From the NCBI GenBank assembly GCA_963838925.1, contig CAWISW010000002.1:256001-320000 (forward strand): a DNA stretch of 64,000 bases. The letters are read 5' to 3'. The notes under the pieces were generated by a model. It had not been told where the DNA came from. It saw nothing but the letters and a program-made list of their open reading frames with translations, and did not search any database. This document shows positions 1-9,313 of the stretch, in pieces. Each line of letters starts with the position of its first letter. Positions within the stretch are counted from its first letter, which is position 1. The stretch comes from an uncultured Nitrososphaerota archaeon (lineage in GTDB: Archaea > Thermoproteota > Nitrososphaeria > Nitrososphaerales > Gagatemarchaeaceae). The position numbers were made by a program, and so were the translations under genes.

Positions 1-4
1 TGCC

Positions 5-124
5 ATGACCCTAGAAGATAAGGTAAGATACGGCATGGTGGCACTCGGCGGCGCATCCATCGTCTTCGCGACGCTGGGCGTGCACATCTCCCCGCTCGAC
101 ACTATCGGCGGCTGGGGAATCTAG
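5..124 (+). CDS. Small hydrophobic peptide, 39 aa (MTLEDKVRYGMVALGGASIVFATLGVHISPLDTIGGWGI)
   Basis: ATG at 5, TAG at 122-124, translated by hand; charged N-terminus, hydrophobic core, short tail. The frame is open to the window edge, so it could be the end of a longer gene. Confidence 0.6.
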   Translation: MTLEDKVRYGMVALGGASIVFATLGVHISPLDTIGGWGI

Positions 125-133
125 AGACTGGAA

Positions 134-162
134 AGAGAAGGGGCGACGAAAGGCCCTTCTCT
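134..162. terminator. 9-bp hairpin between convergent genes
   Basis: AGAGAAGGG (134-142) pairs with CCCTTCTCT (154-162), between two convergent stop codons. Confidence 0.45.
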
Positions 163-1327
163 ACTGTCCTCTTTTTACCTGCATGAGCAGCTGCTCGAAC
201 TTGCCGAGCACCTCTGCCTGGTTGAACGTCCACGCCTTGGACTCGTTGTCGTAGAGCCTCGGCTCAAGCCCGAACGCGCGTGTGTGCTTCTGGTCCGCCA
301 TGAACCAGCGCGCCCTGTCCTTCAGCGGGTAGAGCACTCTCCCTAGGAACTCCATCGCCTCAGATATCGTCTCGGTGGGGAACGCGAGCTGCGCGTAGTA
401 GCTGCTCCTGCCCGACGCCTCCCACCAAAGGAAGGGGAGCGCGTTGGTGAGCCCCATCACGGTCGCCTTCTCGCCGGGGGAGATGTCCTTGATTATGACG
501 TCTATCGGCTGGTAGGTGTGCCTCCTGTGCTTGCCCGCGTCGCTCTGGGGGTTGTACGCGGTGCCAATCCAGTTCACCTTGTGCCCCTTCAGCATCTGCC
601 GCCCGAGGACGTGCTTCCTGTGGTGGAAGCTCAGCGTCTTGTAGTTGATCCCGGTCTCCTTCTGAATCTCCGAGAGCGGCTTCGTCTCGTCCCTCTGCAG
701 CCGCCTGATTATCTCGAGGTCGATCTTGTCGACCTGTGCCTTTGCGGAAGGAGCCTGCAGCGCCTCCGGGTACACCTTCGCGGGAGTCGACCACTCGAAC
801 TCCCACTGCCCCGCCTCGAAGTCATAGAAGTCCGACTTCATGGGGGCGTTCCTGGCCCAGTCGTACGTGGAGAACTCCAGCGACGAGAAGAGCCCCTCGT
901 CGCCCAGGCGGCGCATCGTCTCGATCCACTGGCCGACCGACTCGACCGGCACCGCCCCGTGCACGATGTAGTGCCCCTCTGGCAGCGTCTTGACGAACGC
1001 CTGGACGTAGCAGAGCTGGCTCATGGCGATGAGGATCGCCTCTGCCTGGCTCTCGAACTCTTTGGAAAAGTCGACGACCGCGACGACGCGCGCCAGCCCC
1101 AGCTTCTCAAAGTTCACCGAGGGCTGGATCACGATGCCCTGCTTGAGGAGCTTCTTGAACCAATAGCGCACCGACTCCTTGTGCTCTCCCATCCTCTTCG
1201 CGATCGCCGGGATGTCGGGGCCGACCTCGTTCACAAGCTTCACGAACTCTGCAATTTTTGCATTGATATCCCTCGGCCTCTTGATATGCTCCATGGCAGG
1301 TTCGGACACCAAGTCGTCTTGTTCCAT
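161..1327 (-). CDS. Large archaeal transcriptional regulator with two Lrp/AsnC-like HTH+RAM modules
   Basis: HTH 1 IPAIAKRMGEHKESVRYWFKKL followed by VNFEKLGL; HTH 2 DKIDLEIIRRLQRD..LSEIQKETGINYKTLSFH. Start moved to ATG 1327 (or 1294) because the upstream extension is AT-rich and overlaps the divergent gene. Confidence 0.75.
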   Translation of the reverse strand: MEQDDLVSEPAMEHIKRPRDINAKIAEFVKLVNEVGPDIPAIAKRMGEHKESVRYWFKKLLKQGIVIQPSVNFEKLGLARVVAVVDFSKEFESQAEAILIAMSQLCYVQAFVKTLPEGHYIVHGAVPVESVGQWIETMRRLGDEGLFSSLEFSTYDWARNAPMKSDFYDFEAGQWEFEWSTPAKVYPEALQAPSAKAQVDKIDLEIIRRLQRDETKPLSEIQKETGINYKTLSFHHRKHVLGRQMLKGHKVNWIGTAYNPQSDAGKHRRHTYQPIDVIIKDISPGEKATVMGLTNALPFLWWEASGRSSYYAQLAFPTETISEAMEFLGRVLYPLKDRARWFMADQKHTRAFGLEPRLYDNESKAWTFNQAEVLGKFEQLLMQVKRGQ

Positions 1328-1463
1328 GAGAGATTGGTATTTAATCTTGTGTGAATTCGCAGTTAGTCTCAATAGATACAATAGTCTATAGAGCCTCAGA
1401 AAACCCCCGGTTTCTTCACGTCTATATGGCTCGAAACGGGTCTGGGACGTAGGCGGGATCGCA

Positions 1464-2048
1464 GTGAAGATCGGCCGGTTCTCCAACTTGACGCTCGTCC
1501 TCGTCTCCTGCTTCTCGCTCGGCATCCTTCTGATGCTGGAGCTCGTCCCGCGGCCTTATTTCTTCGGGTTGGGCTCCCTCGCCGACCTCTTCGGATTCAT
1601 CGCCCTCGGGCTCATCGTCGCGACCGGTGCGCTCATGCTCTTCAAGAGGCCCCTGACCGCATGGATGGGGAGCCCTGAGAGGCTCTGGCGCCTCCACGTG
1701 GTGGTCGCCGGGGTCGGAGGGGCGTTCCTGGGACTGCACGTCGTCCTCTTCCTCTCTTTCCCCCTCTCCCTGCCGGTGCTCCTGGGGTACGCGGCCACCG
1801 GGGCAGCCCTCTTTGTGTGGATCACGGGGGCGATCTACTTCCAGGGCGTCAGGAACTCGATGTTCTACCACGGGCTTCTCACTATAGGGGGAATCTTCCT
1901 GATGGTCGTGCACACCTTCGGGGCTGGGAGGAACATCCCGGTGGAGCTCTCGGGCATCAGCCTGGCGGCGACCGCGATCGTCGTGCTTGCCGTCGTCAGC
2001 TGGCGGCTCGCGAAGGCTTGGAAGGACGAGGGGACTTTTCCTGCATGA
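1464..2048 (+). CDS. Multi-pass membrane protein, ferric-reductase/cytochrome b-like
   Basis: About 6 TM helices; two His pairs spaced i,i+14 (WRLHV..GLHV; FYHGL..VVHT). Confidence 0.55.
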   Translation: MKIGRFSNLTLVLVSCFSLGILLMLELVPRPYFFGLGSLADLFGFIALGLIVATGALMLFKRPLTAWMGSPERLWRLHVVVAGVGGAFLGLHVVLFLSFPLSLPVLLGYAATGAALFVWITGAIYFQGVRNSMFYHGLLTIGGIFLMVVHTFGAGRNIPVELSGISLAATAIVVLAVVSWRLAKAWKDEGTFPA

Positions 2049-2532
2049 CCCTGCTGACCTTGGGGCTCTTCAGGTCGACGTCCATCTCCCAGGTGCGCTT
2101 CCAGCCCAGCTGTGCGTAGACCTTCCTTCCCACCAACGAAGCGTGCAGGAGCATCTTCCGATATCCGTGCTTCTTCGCCCACGCCATCGTCTCCAGCATG
2201 ACCATGCTCGCGAGCCCCTTCCTCCTGAACTTGGGGTCGGTGTATACCGACATGACGTAAGGGACCAGAGCTGCGGGACGGCCTCTGGAGGGCTGCTGCT
2301 CCCGCAGCCACACGCATCCGCTCGCCGCGACCCTTCCGCCGCTGGTCTCGACGATGTAGCCGTGGAAGAGCTTCTTCTTCATCATCTCCTTCGCCCATTC
2401 CGGGTAGGCCTTCACCGCGACCGCGCTCTCCTCAGGGGTCAGCGGCGCGTACGCCTCGAACATCGCGTTCCTGTGCTTTACCAGGACGTCCATGTCCTTC
2501 AACCTGGCTCTCCGGATCTTGAAGCTTGGCAA
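1996..2532 (-). CDS. GNAT-family N-acetyltransferase
   Basis: Motif A VYTDPKFRRKGLAS; C-terminal LHAS..GRKVYAQLGW. Confidence 0.85.
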   Translation of the reverse strand: MPSFKIRRARLKDMDVLVKHRNAMFEAYAPLTPEESAVAVKAYPEWAKEMMKKKLFHGYIVETSGGRVAASGCVWLREQQPSRGRPAALVPYVMSVYTDPKFRRKGLASMVMLETMAWAKKHGYRKMLLHASLVGRKVYAQLGWKRTWEMDVDLKSPKVSRVMQEKSPRPSKPSRAAS

Positions 2533-2645
2533 GCCCTGGCTCGGCCATGCCGGCCTTGGGACTTATCCTTTGGTGGTCAAGGCTCGGCGCATCAAAGGCA
2601 AGGGGAGCCACCTATTGGCGCCGACCCGGTGCGGCCCCCAAGTGG

Positions 2646-2666
2646 ACATATATGTGCATAAATGCA
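2646..2666 (+). promoter_or_regulatory. trp operon promoter region with palindromes
   Basis: ACATATATGT palindrome (2646-2655); TGCAT-AA-ATGCA (2655-2666) around TATA-like CATAAATG, about 25 nt before ATG 2689. Confidence 0.5.
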
Positions 2667-2688
2667 TATTAGCGAGCATACCGCTGCC

Positions 2689-2760
2689 ATGAACGCGAGC
2701 AACATGGGTGACCACTTTTGGCAGCGATCTCAAGCTGTCTCCGCTCTCGCTCAAAGCTGA
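2689..2760 (+). CDS. uORF overlapping the trpE 5' end (MNASNMGDHFWQRSQAVSALAQS), candidate Trp-sensing leader
   Basis: ATG at the predicted TSS; sole Trp codon in CAC TTT TGG; the +1 frame is TrpE. Confidence 0.45.
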   Translation: MNASNMGDHFWQRSQAVSALAQS

Positions 2761-4150
2761 ACGGCTCCTAACCAAGGACTCTCCCAGCACCCTCTTCGTC
2801 AAGGTCCAAGACGAGTTCGAGAGCGCGTTCCTCCTGGAGTCCGCGATAGGGGCTAGGAGGCTGGCGGAGTACTCGTTCATAGGATTCGAGCCTCAGACGG
2901 CCGTTACCGTAAAGGACGGCGTCCTGAGGACCAAGTCCATCGACGGCGCGAAGGACAGCATGAAGACAAAGGACCCGCTCAAGGACCTGAGGCAGCTCGT
3001 CGCCGCTCAGGGGTCTCCAGATCTCACCGCCCGCAGCCCCTTCCGGTTCGTAGGGGGCGCCGTCGGGTACATCTCATACGACTCGGTCCGCTACTGGGAG
3101 CGCATCCCGACAAAGGCGAAGGACGACCTTTCCCTCCCCGACATGGAGTTCGGGATCTACACCGACGGGATAGTCTTCGACCACATCAACAAGGGGGTCC
3201 ACTACTACTCGCTGGGCCGGGCCAACAGGCTGAAGGAGGTCGAGTCGCTCCTGAGGCGGAGCGCCGCAGATCAACACGGTGGACTCACCGCGCCAAACGA
3301 CGCGAGGCCCACGGTCGAGAAGGAGAAATTCAAGGCCATGGTCGAGACCGCCAAGAGGCAGATCACCGCCGGGGACATCTTCCAGGTCGTCCTATCGAAG
3401 CGCTACGACTTCGAGCTCCAGGGCGACCTTTCCATGTTCTACCAGGCGCTCAGCCAGATCAACCCCTCCCCCTACATGTACTTCCTGAAGTTCGGAGAGA
3501 CCAAGATAGTAGGCTCGAGCCCTGAGATGCTCGTCCGCGTCGAGGACCGCCGGGTCGAGACGTTCCCGATCGCCGGGACGCGCCCCCATCTCGCTGACGC
3601 GAAGGAGAACGCCAAGCTCACGAAGGAGATGCTCAAAGACCCGAAGGAGAGAGCCGAGCACACGATGCTGGTCGACCTCGCGAGGAACGACGTCGGAAGG
3701 GTTGCGAGGTACGGGAGCGTCAAGGTCCCGGAGATCTTCACGGTCCAGCAGTTCAGCCACGTGCAGCACATAGTCTCCCGCGTCGTCGGGACGCTAAGGG
3801 AGGAGTTCGACTCGTACGACGCGATGCGCGCGATGTTCCCCGCGGGCACCGTCTCGGGAGCCCCCAAGCCCCGGGCCATGGAGATAATCGAGGAACTAGA
3901 GCCAGTGAGGAGGGGGCCCTATGCCGGCGCGCTGGGCTACTTCTCCTTCAACGGGAACGCGGACTTTGCCATAACCATCAGGACGCTCGTGGCGAGGGGC
4001 ACCAAGTGCAGCATCCAGTCGGGCGCTGGCATCGTAGCCGACTCCGACCCGGAGAAGGAGTGGCACGAGACCGAATCCAAGGCGGCCGGCCTCATGAAAG
4101 CGGTCGAGAGCGCGACGGGCCGCAATCTCATCGGGGAGGGGAAGGATTGA
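2708..4150 (+). CDS. trpE: Anthranilate synthase component I
   Basis: LLES, NPSPYM, GSSPE, PIAGT, EHTMLVDLARND, FPAGTVSGAPK motifs. Confidence 0.96.
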   Translation: MTTFGSDLKLSPLSLKAERLLTKDSPSTLFVKVQDEFESAFLLESAIGARRLAEYSFIGFEPQTAVTVKDGVLRTKSIDGAKDSMKTKDPLKDLRQLVAAQGSPDLTARSPFRFVGGAVGYISYDSVRYWERIPTKAKDDLSLPDMEFGIYTDGIVFDHINKGVHYYSLGRANRLKEVESLLRRSAADQHGGLTAPNDARPTVEKEKFKAMVETAKRQITAGDIFQVVLSKRYDFELQGDLSMFYQALSQINPSPYMYFLKFGETKIVGSSPEMLVRVEDRRVETFPIAGTRPHLADAKENAKLTKEMLKDPKERAEHTMLVDLARNDVGRVARYGSVKVPEIFTVQQFSHVQHIVSRVVGTLREEFDSYDAMRAMFPAGTVSGAPKPRAMEIIEELEPVRRGPYAGALGYFSFNGNADFAITIRTLVARGTKCSIQSGAGIVADSDPEKEWHETESKAAGLMKAVESATGRNLIGEGKD

Positions 4151-4731
4151 AGGTCCTGGTAATCGACAACTACGACTCGTTCGTCTACAACCTCGCCCAG
4201 TACGTGGGGGAGCTTGGCGGCGACCCACAGGTCTTCAGGAACGACGAGATCACAATGGCGCAGGTTCGCGACATGGCCCCCGACCGCATCATCATCTCCC
4301 CGGGCCCCGGACATCCGGCGGACAGGCACTACTTCGGCGTCTGCGAGCGCGTCCTGCAGGAGGTCAGCCCCAGCGTCCCCACCCTCGGGGTGTGCCTTGG
4401 ACACCAGGGGATAGGCACCTCTTTCGGGGGGACAGTGAGCGGCGCCACCCGGCTTATGCACGGCAAGACCAGCATGATAGTCCACGACGGGCAAGGGCTG
4501 CTCAAGGGGGTGAAGAACCCGTTCGAGGCGACCCGCTACCACTCCCTCGCCATCCAGAAGGACGACATCCCCGCGGAGCTCAGGGTCACCGCTCTCTCCA
4601 TGGACGACGCCGAGATTATGGGCGTAAGGCACAGGAAGTACCCCATCGAGGGCGTCCAGTTCCACCCAGAGTCGATCATGACGGGCGAGGGAAAGAAGAT
4701 AATCCGAAACCTACTCAGGGGACAGCGATGA
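4147..4731 (+). CDS. trpG: Anthranilate synthase component II (glutamine amidotransferase)
   Basis: IDNYDSF, SPGPG, GVCLGHQ, QFHPES; TTG start overlapping the trpE stop. Confidence 0.96.
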   Translation: MKVLVIDNYDSFVYNLAQYVGELGGDPQVFRNDEITMAQVRDMAPDRIIISPGPGHPADRHYFGVCERVLQEVSPSVPTLGVCLGHQGIGTSFGGTVSGATRLMHGKTSMIVHDGQGLLKGVKNPFEATRYHSLAIQKDDIPAELRVTALSMDDAEIMGVRHRKYPIEGVQFHPESIMTGEGKKIIRNLLRGQR

Positions 4732-5804
4732 CTGCCGTCCAGGGGGCCATCCAGCTCATACTCGACGGGAGTGACCTGTCCGCCGAGACCATATCGGGGT
4801 GCCTGAGGGAGATAGTCGACGGGACGGCGACACCTGCCCAAATCGCGGGGCTACTCGTCGGGCTCAGGAAGAAGGGGGAGACCGTGGACGAGATCGCCGC
4901 GTTGGCCTCCGGCCTGAGGGGCTACTCGACCATGAAGGACCGCCCCCGGGTGAGGGGAAGGATGGTCGACACATGCGGGACCGGCGGCGACGCCGTCAAG
5001 ACGCCCAACGTCAGCACGATGTCGTCGTTCGTCGCCGCAGGGGCGGGGGCGGTGGTCGCAAAGCACGGCGGGAGGTCTGTCACGAGCAAGTCGGGGAGCG
5101 CCGACGTCCTCGAGAGGCTGGGGTTCAACCTCGCGATGGAGCCCTCTCGAGTGAAGGACTCGATAGAGCAGCTGGGGATAGGGTTCATGTTCGCGCCCGC
5201 CTTTCATCCCGCGATGAGACAGGTGGCGCCCGTCAGGAAGGAACTTGGGGTGAGGACGGTCTTCAACCTCATGGGGCCGCTGATCAACCCGGCCAGAGTC
5301 GACGCCCAGCTCGTCGGGCTCTACTCGCCCACCCTCGTCCCTCAGGTGGCCGCCGTGCTTGGGAAGCTAGGCCTCCAAGAGGCGATGGTTGTCCACGGGT
5401 TAGAGGGCGTCGACGAGATCTCCGTGACGGGGAGGACCCTCGTATCTCACCTCAAGGACGGCGAGATTGCCACGCGCGAGTACATCCCGCGGGAATTCGG
5501 GCTCCGCGAAGGGCCTCTCATCCCCCCGAAGAGCCCGGCGGACGCCGAGGAGGGGGCGATGCTCGCGCTGTCCATCCTGGGCGGGGACGCGCAGGAGAGG
5601 GACTGCGGCGCGCAGATGGTGCTCGTTAACAGCGCCGTGTGCCTTGTCCTGGCACAGAAGGCGACCACCTTCGGAGAGGGCATCGAGCTTGCGGCAGACT
5701 CGATAAAGAGCGGCAGGGCTATGAGCAAGCTCGAACAGACCGTGAAGTTCAGCGGCGGGAGCCTGGAGGCAGCGAGGGAGAGATATGCAAAGCAGAAGGG
5801 CTGA
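4728..5804 (+). CDS. trpD: Anthranilate phosphoribosyltransferase
   Basis: DTCGTGGD, NVST, KHGGRSVTSKSGSAD; ATG 4728 overlaps the trpG stop. Confidence 0.96.
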   Translation: MTAVQGAIQLILDGSDLSAETISGCLREIVDGTATPAQIAGLLVGLRKKGETVDEIAALASGLRGYSTMKDRPRVRGRMVDTCGTGGDAVKTPNVSTMSSFVAAGAGAVVAKHGGRSVTSKSGSADVLERLGFNLAMEPSRVKDSIEQLGIGFMFAPAFHPAMRQVAPVRKELGVRTVFNLMGPLINPARVDAQLVGLYSPTLVPQVAAVLGKLGLQEAMVVHGLEGVDEISVTGRTLVSHLKDGEIATREYIPREFGLREGPLIPPKSPADAEEGAMLALSILGGDAQERDCGAQMVLVNSAVCLVLAQKATTFGEGIELAADSIKSGRAMSKLEQTVKFSGGSLEAARERYAKQKG

Positions 5805-6621
5805 ATCAAACTTCATCTTCACCCTGGCCGCTTCGGCTGCCAAGACCATCGAGGAGGGCTACTACCAAGACCTGGGGGAGACGCCCGACACCGGGATGGA
5901 GCATAGGAGCCTGAAGGAGTCGATCCTTCGCTCGAGGTTCACACCCCTCCTCGCCGAGATCAAGTTCACATCACCCGCCGAGGGGAAGCTGAGGCCGGCA
6001 GGGGACGTGAAGAAGATAGCCCGCTCTTACGAGCGCGGAGGCGTCTCGGGGATATCCGTCCTCACAGAGCCCAAGCACTTTGAGGGCGACATCCGCTATC
6101 TGCCGCTGGTCAAAAAGTCGGTGAAGGTCCCGGTCCTGATGAAGGACATAATCATAGACCCGGTCCAGATAGACGCCGCTGCGCGGATGGGAGCGGACGC
6201 TGTCCTGTTCATTGCCGCCATCTTCATGAACAGGCTCTCGAGGATGAGCCTCGAGAAGATGTTCTCGCGCGCGCGCATCAGGGGCCTTGAGGTCCTCTTC
6301 GAGGCGCACACGGAGAACGAGTACATGTTCGCGCTCGAGTCGGAGGCGGACGTTGTGGGGATCAACAACCGGGACCTCGACACCCTCGAGGTCTCTCTAG
6401 CGACCTCAAAGCACCTGCTCGCAAGCGGCAAGGACAGGAGGGAGCGCCTCAAGATGATGGGGAAGGACAAGCTTGTGATATCGGAGAGCGGGATAAACTC
6501 CAGGCGAGAGATAGACGAGCTCCGCGAACTTGGCGCGGACGGCTTCCTGGTCGGCTCGGCCTTCATGAAGTCCACAGACATAGAGGCCAAGGTGCGGTCG
6601 CTGACGGGGGCATCAAGATGA
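5785..6621 (+). CDS. trpC: Indole-3-glycerol phosphate synthase
   Basis: AEIKFTSP, ISVLTEP..F.G, GINNRDL, ISESGI. Confidence 0.95.
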   Translation: MQSRRAESNFIFTLAASAAKTIEEGYYQDLGETPDTGMEHRSLKESILRSRFTPLLAEIKFTSPAEGKLRPAGDVKKIARSYERGGVSGISVLTEPKHFEGDIRYLPLVKKSVKVPVLMKDIIIDPVQIDAAARMGADAVLFIAAIFMNRLSRMSLEKMFSRARIRGLEVLFEAHTENEYMFALESEADVVGINNRDLDTLEVSLATSKHLLASGKDRRERLKMMGKDKLVISESGINSRREIDELRELGADGFLVGSAFMKSTDIEAKVRSLTGASR

Positions 6622-7295
6622 CGCGCGTCAAGATCTGCGGGCTCACCAGGGAGGAGGACGTCGACGCGGTGGTCGACGCGGGTGCAGACGCGGTGGGGTT
6701 CATCTCGGGCATCTCGAGCTCGCCCAGGAACATCGCAATGTCGAGGGCCGCCGCGCTCGTCTCGAGGGTCCCCCTCTTCGTGACCTCCGTACTGGTCACG
6801 ACGGGCGAGGCGCTCGTGGAGAACTCGGACGCGGTCAAGCGGATGGCACCCAAGACCATCCAGCTCTACGGGAGCCTCTTCTCGCCCGAGACGGTGAGGA
6901 ACTCGTTCCACGCGTACCTCCTGAAGCCTTTCCCCGTTCCGAGGCAGGAGAGCGCCAACGACGGCGCGGACATCCCGCCAAAGGCGAAGGAGGCGGTCAG
7001 GGGCTACGACGCCCTCCTCACGGACACCTACCAGAGGGGACGCGACGGGGGGACGGGGCTGACGTCAGACTGGACCGTGTGCGCCGCGATCCGCAAGACC
7101 ATCGCTCCGACCCCTATGATACTCTCGGGGGGGCTGAGGCCTGAGAACGTTGAGCTCGCGATATCCACCGTAGCCCCGTTCTGCGTCGACGTCTCCTCCG
7201 GAGTGGAGTCCGCCCCGGGGGTCAAGGACCCCGCCAAGGTCAGGGCGTTCATGAGCAAGGCCAATCAGTCGGGGGAGCGGCAGGTGGCCCGGTAG
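6618..7295 (+). CDS. trpF: Phosphoribosylanthranilate isomerase
   Basis: VKICGLT, GGTG, LSGGL.PENV, VDVSSGVE. Confidence 0.95.
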   Translation: MTRVKICGLTREEDVDAVVDAGADAVGFISGISSSPRNIAMSRAAALVSRVPLFVTSVLVTTGEALVENSDAVKRMAPKTIQLYGSLFSPETVRNSFHAYLLKPFPVPRQESANDGADIPPKAKEAVRGYDALLTDTYQRGRDGGTGLTSDWTVCAAIRKTIAPTPMILSGGLRPENVELAISTVAPFCVDVSSGVESAPGVKDPAKVRAFMSKANQSGERQVAR

Positions 7296-8507
7296 ATGGC
7301 TAGACCAAAGAGGCGCGCCACTGGCAAGGAGGACTATCCGACCAACGGGCGCTTCGGGGTGTTCGGGGGCCAGTTCGTCCCCGAGACCCTCGTCCCAGCA
7401 GTACAGGAGCTCGAGAAGGCGTACCTTTCAGCCCGGAAGGACAAGAAGTTCCTTGCGGAGCTGGACCGGCTGCTCCACGACTTTGCGGGAAGACCCACGC
7501 CCGTCTACTTTGCCTCCAACCTCACCGCCTACGCCGGGGGAGCCAAGATCTTCCTCAAGAGGGAGGACCTCCTCCACGGCGGGGCCCACAAGATCAACAA
7601 CACGATCGGTCAGGCGCTCCTCGCGAAGAGGATGGGGAAGAATCGCATCATCGCCGAGACTGGAGCCGGGCAGCACGGAGTCGCGACGGCGATGGCCTGC
7701 GCGGCGCTAGGCCTGAAGGCCGAGGTGTACATGGGCTCAGAGGACATCGAAAGGCAGAAGCTGAACGTCTTCAGGATGAAGCTCCTTGGGGCTGAGGTCC
7801 ACCCCGTCGAGAGCGGCTCCCGCACCCTCAAGGACGCGATAAACGAGGCCCTCAGGGACTGGGTCACCAACGTCGCGACCACCTACTACCTCCTCGGCTC
7901 GGTCGTCGGGCCCCATCCATACCCGGTCATGGTCAGGGACTTCCAGAGCGTCATCGGGCGAGAAGTGAGGGCTGATTTCAAGAAGAGGGGACGCCTCCCG
8001 GACGCGGTGGTGGCCTGCGTCGGCGGGGGCAGCAACTCCATGGGAAGCTTCCACGCGTTCATCGGCGACAAGGGGGTCAAGCTTTACGGAGTCGAGGCCG
8101 GCGGGACCGGGACGGGCAAGAACGCCGCCTCGCTCATCGAGGGGCGGAAGGGCGTCCTCCACGGGATGCTCACCTACGTCCTCCAGGACGAGAACGGGCA
8201 GGTGAGGAGCACGGAGAGCATCTCGGCGGGGCTCGACTACCCGGGCGTCGGTCCCGAGCACTCCTACCTGAAGGACAGCGGGCGGGCGACGTACGTCACG
8301 GTCTCCGACGACGAGGCTGTGGAGGCCTTCCACCTCGTCTCGAGGAAGGAGGGGATCATCCCCGCCTTGGAGTCCGCCCACGCCGTCGCCTTCGCCGTCA
8401 AGCTCGCGAAGGAGATGAAGAAGACCCAGTCCATCGTCGTCACCCTCTCAGGGAGGGGCGACAAGGACGTCCACACAATCGCCAAGCGGTCGGGCTTCGA
8501 GCTTTGA
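7296..8507 (+). CDS. trpB: Tryptophan synthase beta chain (TrpB1 type)
   Basis: [39 protein letters not shown]. Confidence 0.97.
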   Translation: MARPKRRATGKEDYPTNGRFGVFGGQFVPETLVPAVQELEKAYLSARKDKKFLAELDRLLHDFAGRPTPVYFASNLTAYAGGAKIFLKREDLLHGGAHKINNTIGQALLAKRMGKNRIIAETGAGQHGVATAMACAALGLKAEVYMGSEDIERQKLNVFRMKLLGAEVHPVESGSRTLKDAINEALRDWVTNVATTYYLLGSVVGPHPYPVMVRDFQSVIGREVRADFKKRGRLPDAVVACVGGGSNSMGSFHAFIGDKGVKLYGVEAGGTGTGKNAASLIEGRKGVLHGMLTYVLQDENGQVRSTESISAGLDYPGVGPEHSYLKDSGRATYVTVSDDEAVEAFHLVSRKEGIIPALESAHAVAFAVKLAKEMKKTQSIVVTLSGRGDKDVHTIAKRSGFEL

Positions 8508-9313
8508 GCCCCATCTCGTCCGTCTTCAAGGGGCTCCACGATGAAGGAGCGCTCGTCGCCTACGTGATGGGGGGAGACCCCGACCTGATCACCTCCGCCG
8601 CCGTGATAGACGCCGTCGTAAGGGGAGGCGCCGACATCGTGGAGGTCGGCATCCCCTTCTCTGACCCCATCGCGGACGGCAAGTCGATCCAGGCCGCAGA
8701 CGTCCGCTCGCTCGCAGCGGGAACGACGCCCGCCCAGGTGCTCGACCTGATCAACGCAGCCAAGTCGCGCAACCCGAGAGTGCCGATAGTCGCCATGACC
8801 TACTACAACATCCTCTACTCCAACGGCCTTGAGAAGTTCCTTGAGGACGCGAAACACCACGGGGTGGACGGGCTCATAATCCCAGACCTCCCCTTCGACG
8901 AGATCCGGGACTACGCCCCGCTGGCCAAGCGCCACGGGCTGGACGCCGTCCTCCTAGCGGCGCCGACGAGCACCCCGGCACGGCTGAAGGCGATCGCCAA
9001 GCACACTTCGGGGTTCCTCTACCTGGTCTCCCTCACGGGCGTGACGGGCGCGAGGTCCGCCGTCCAGGAGAGCACGGTCGCGCTGATCCGATCGGTCAGG
9101 AGATACGCGAAGGGAGTGCCTCTCGGGGTGGGGTTCGGTATCTCCACGCCGGAGCACGTCCGTGCAATCCTCGCCGCCGGCGCCGACGCGGTCGTCGTGG
9201 GGAGTGCGATCGTCGACAGGGTCGCCAGCTCCCAGAAGGACGGCCCGGCGAGGATGCTCGCGAACGTAGAGAGCTACGTGCGCTCCTTGAAGGCGGCCAC
9301 CAGGGGAGCCTAG
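8504..9313 (+). CDS. trpA: Tryptophan synthase alpha chain
   Basis: [39 protein letters not shown]. Confidence 0.97.
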   Translation: MSPISSVFKGLHDEGALVAYVMGGDPDLITSAAVIDAVVRGGADIVEVGIPFSDPIADGKSIQAADVRSLAAGTTPAQVLDLINAAKSRNPRVPIVAMTYYNILYSNGLEKFLEDAKHHGVDGLIIPDLPFDEIRDYAPLAKRHGLDAVLLAAPTSTPARLKAIAKHTSGFLYLVSLTGVTGARSAVQESTVALIRSVRRYAKGVPLGVGFGISTPEHVRAILAAGADAVVVGSAIVDRVASSQKDGPARMLANVESYVRSLKAATRGA

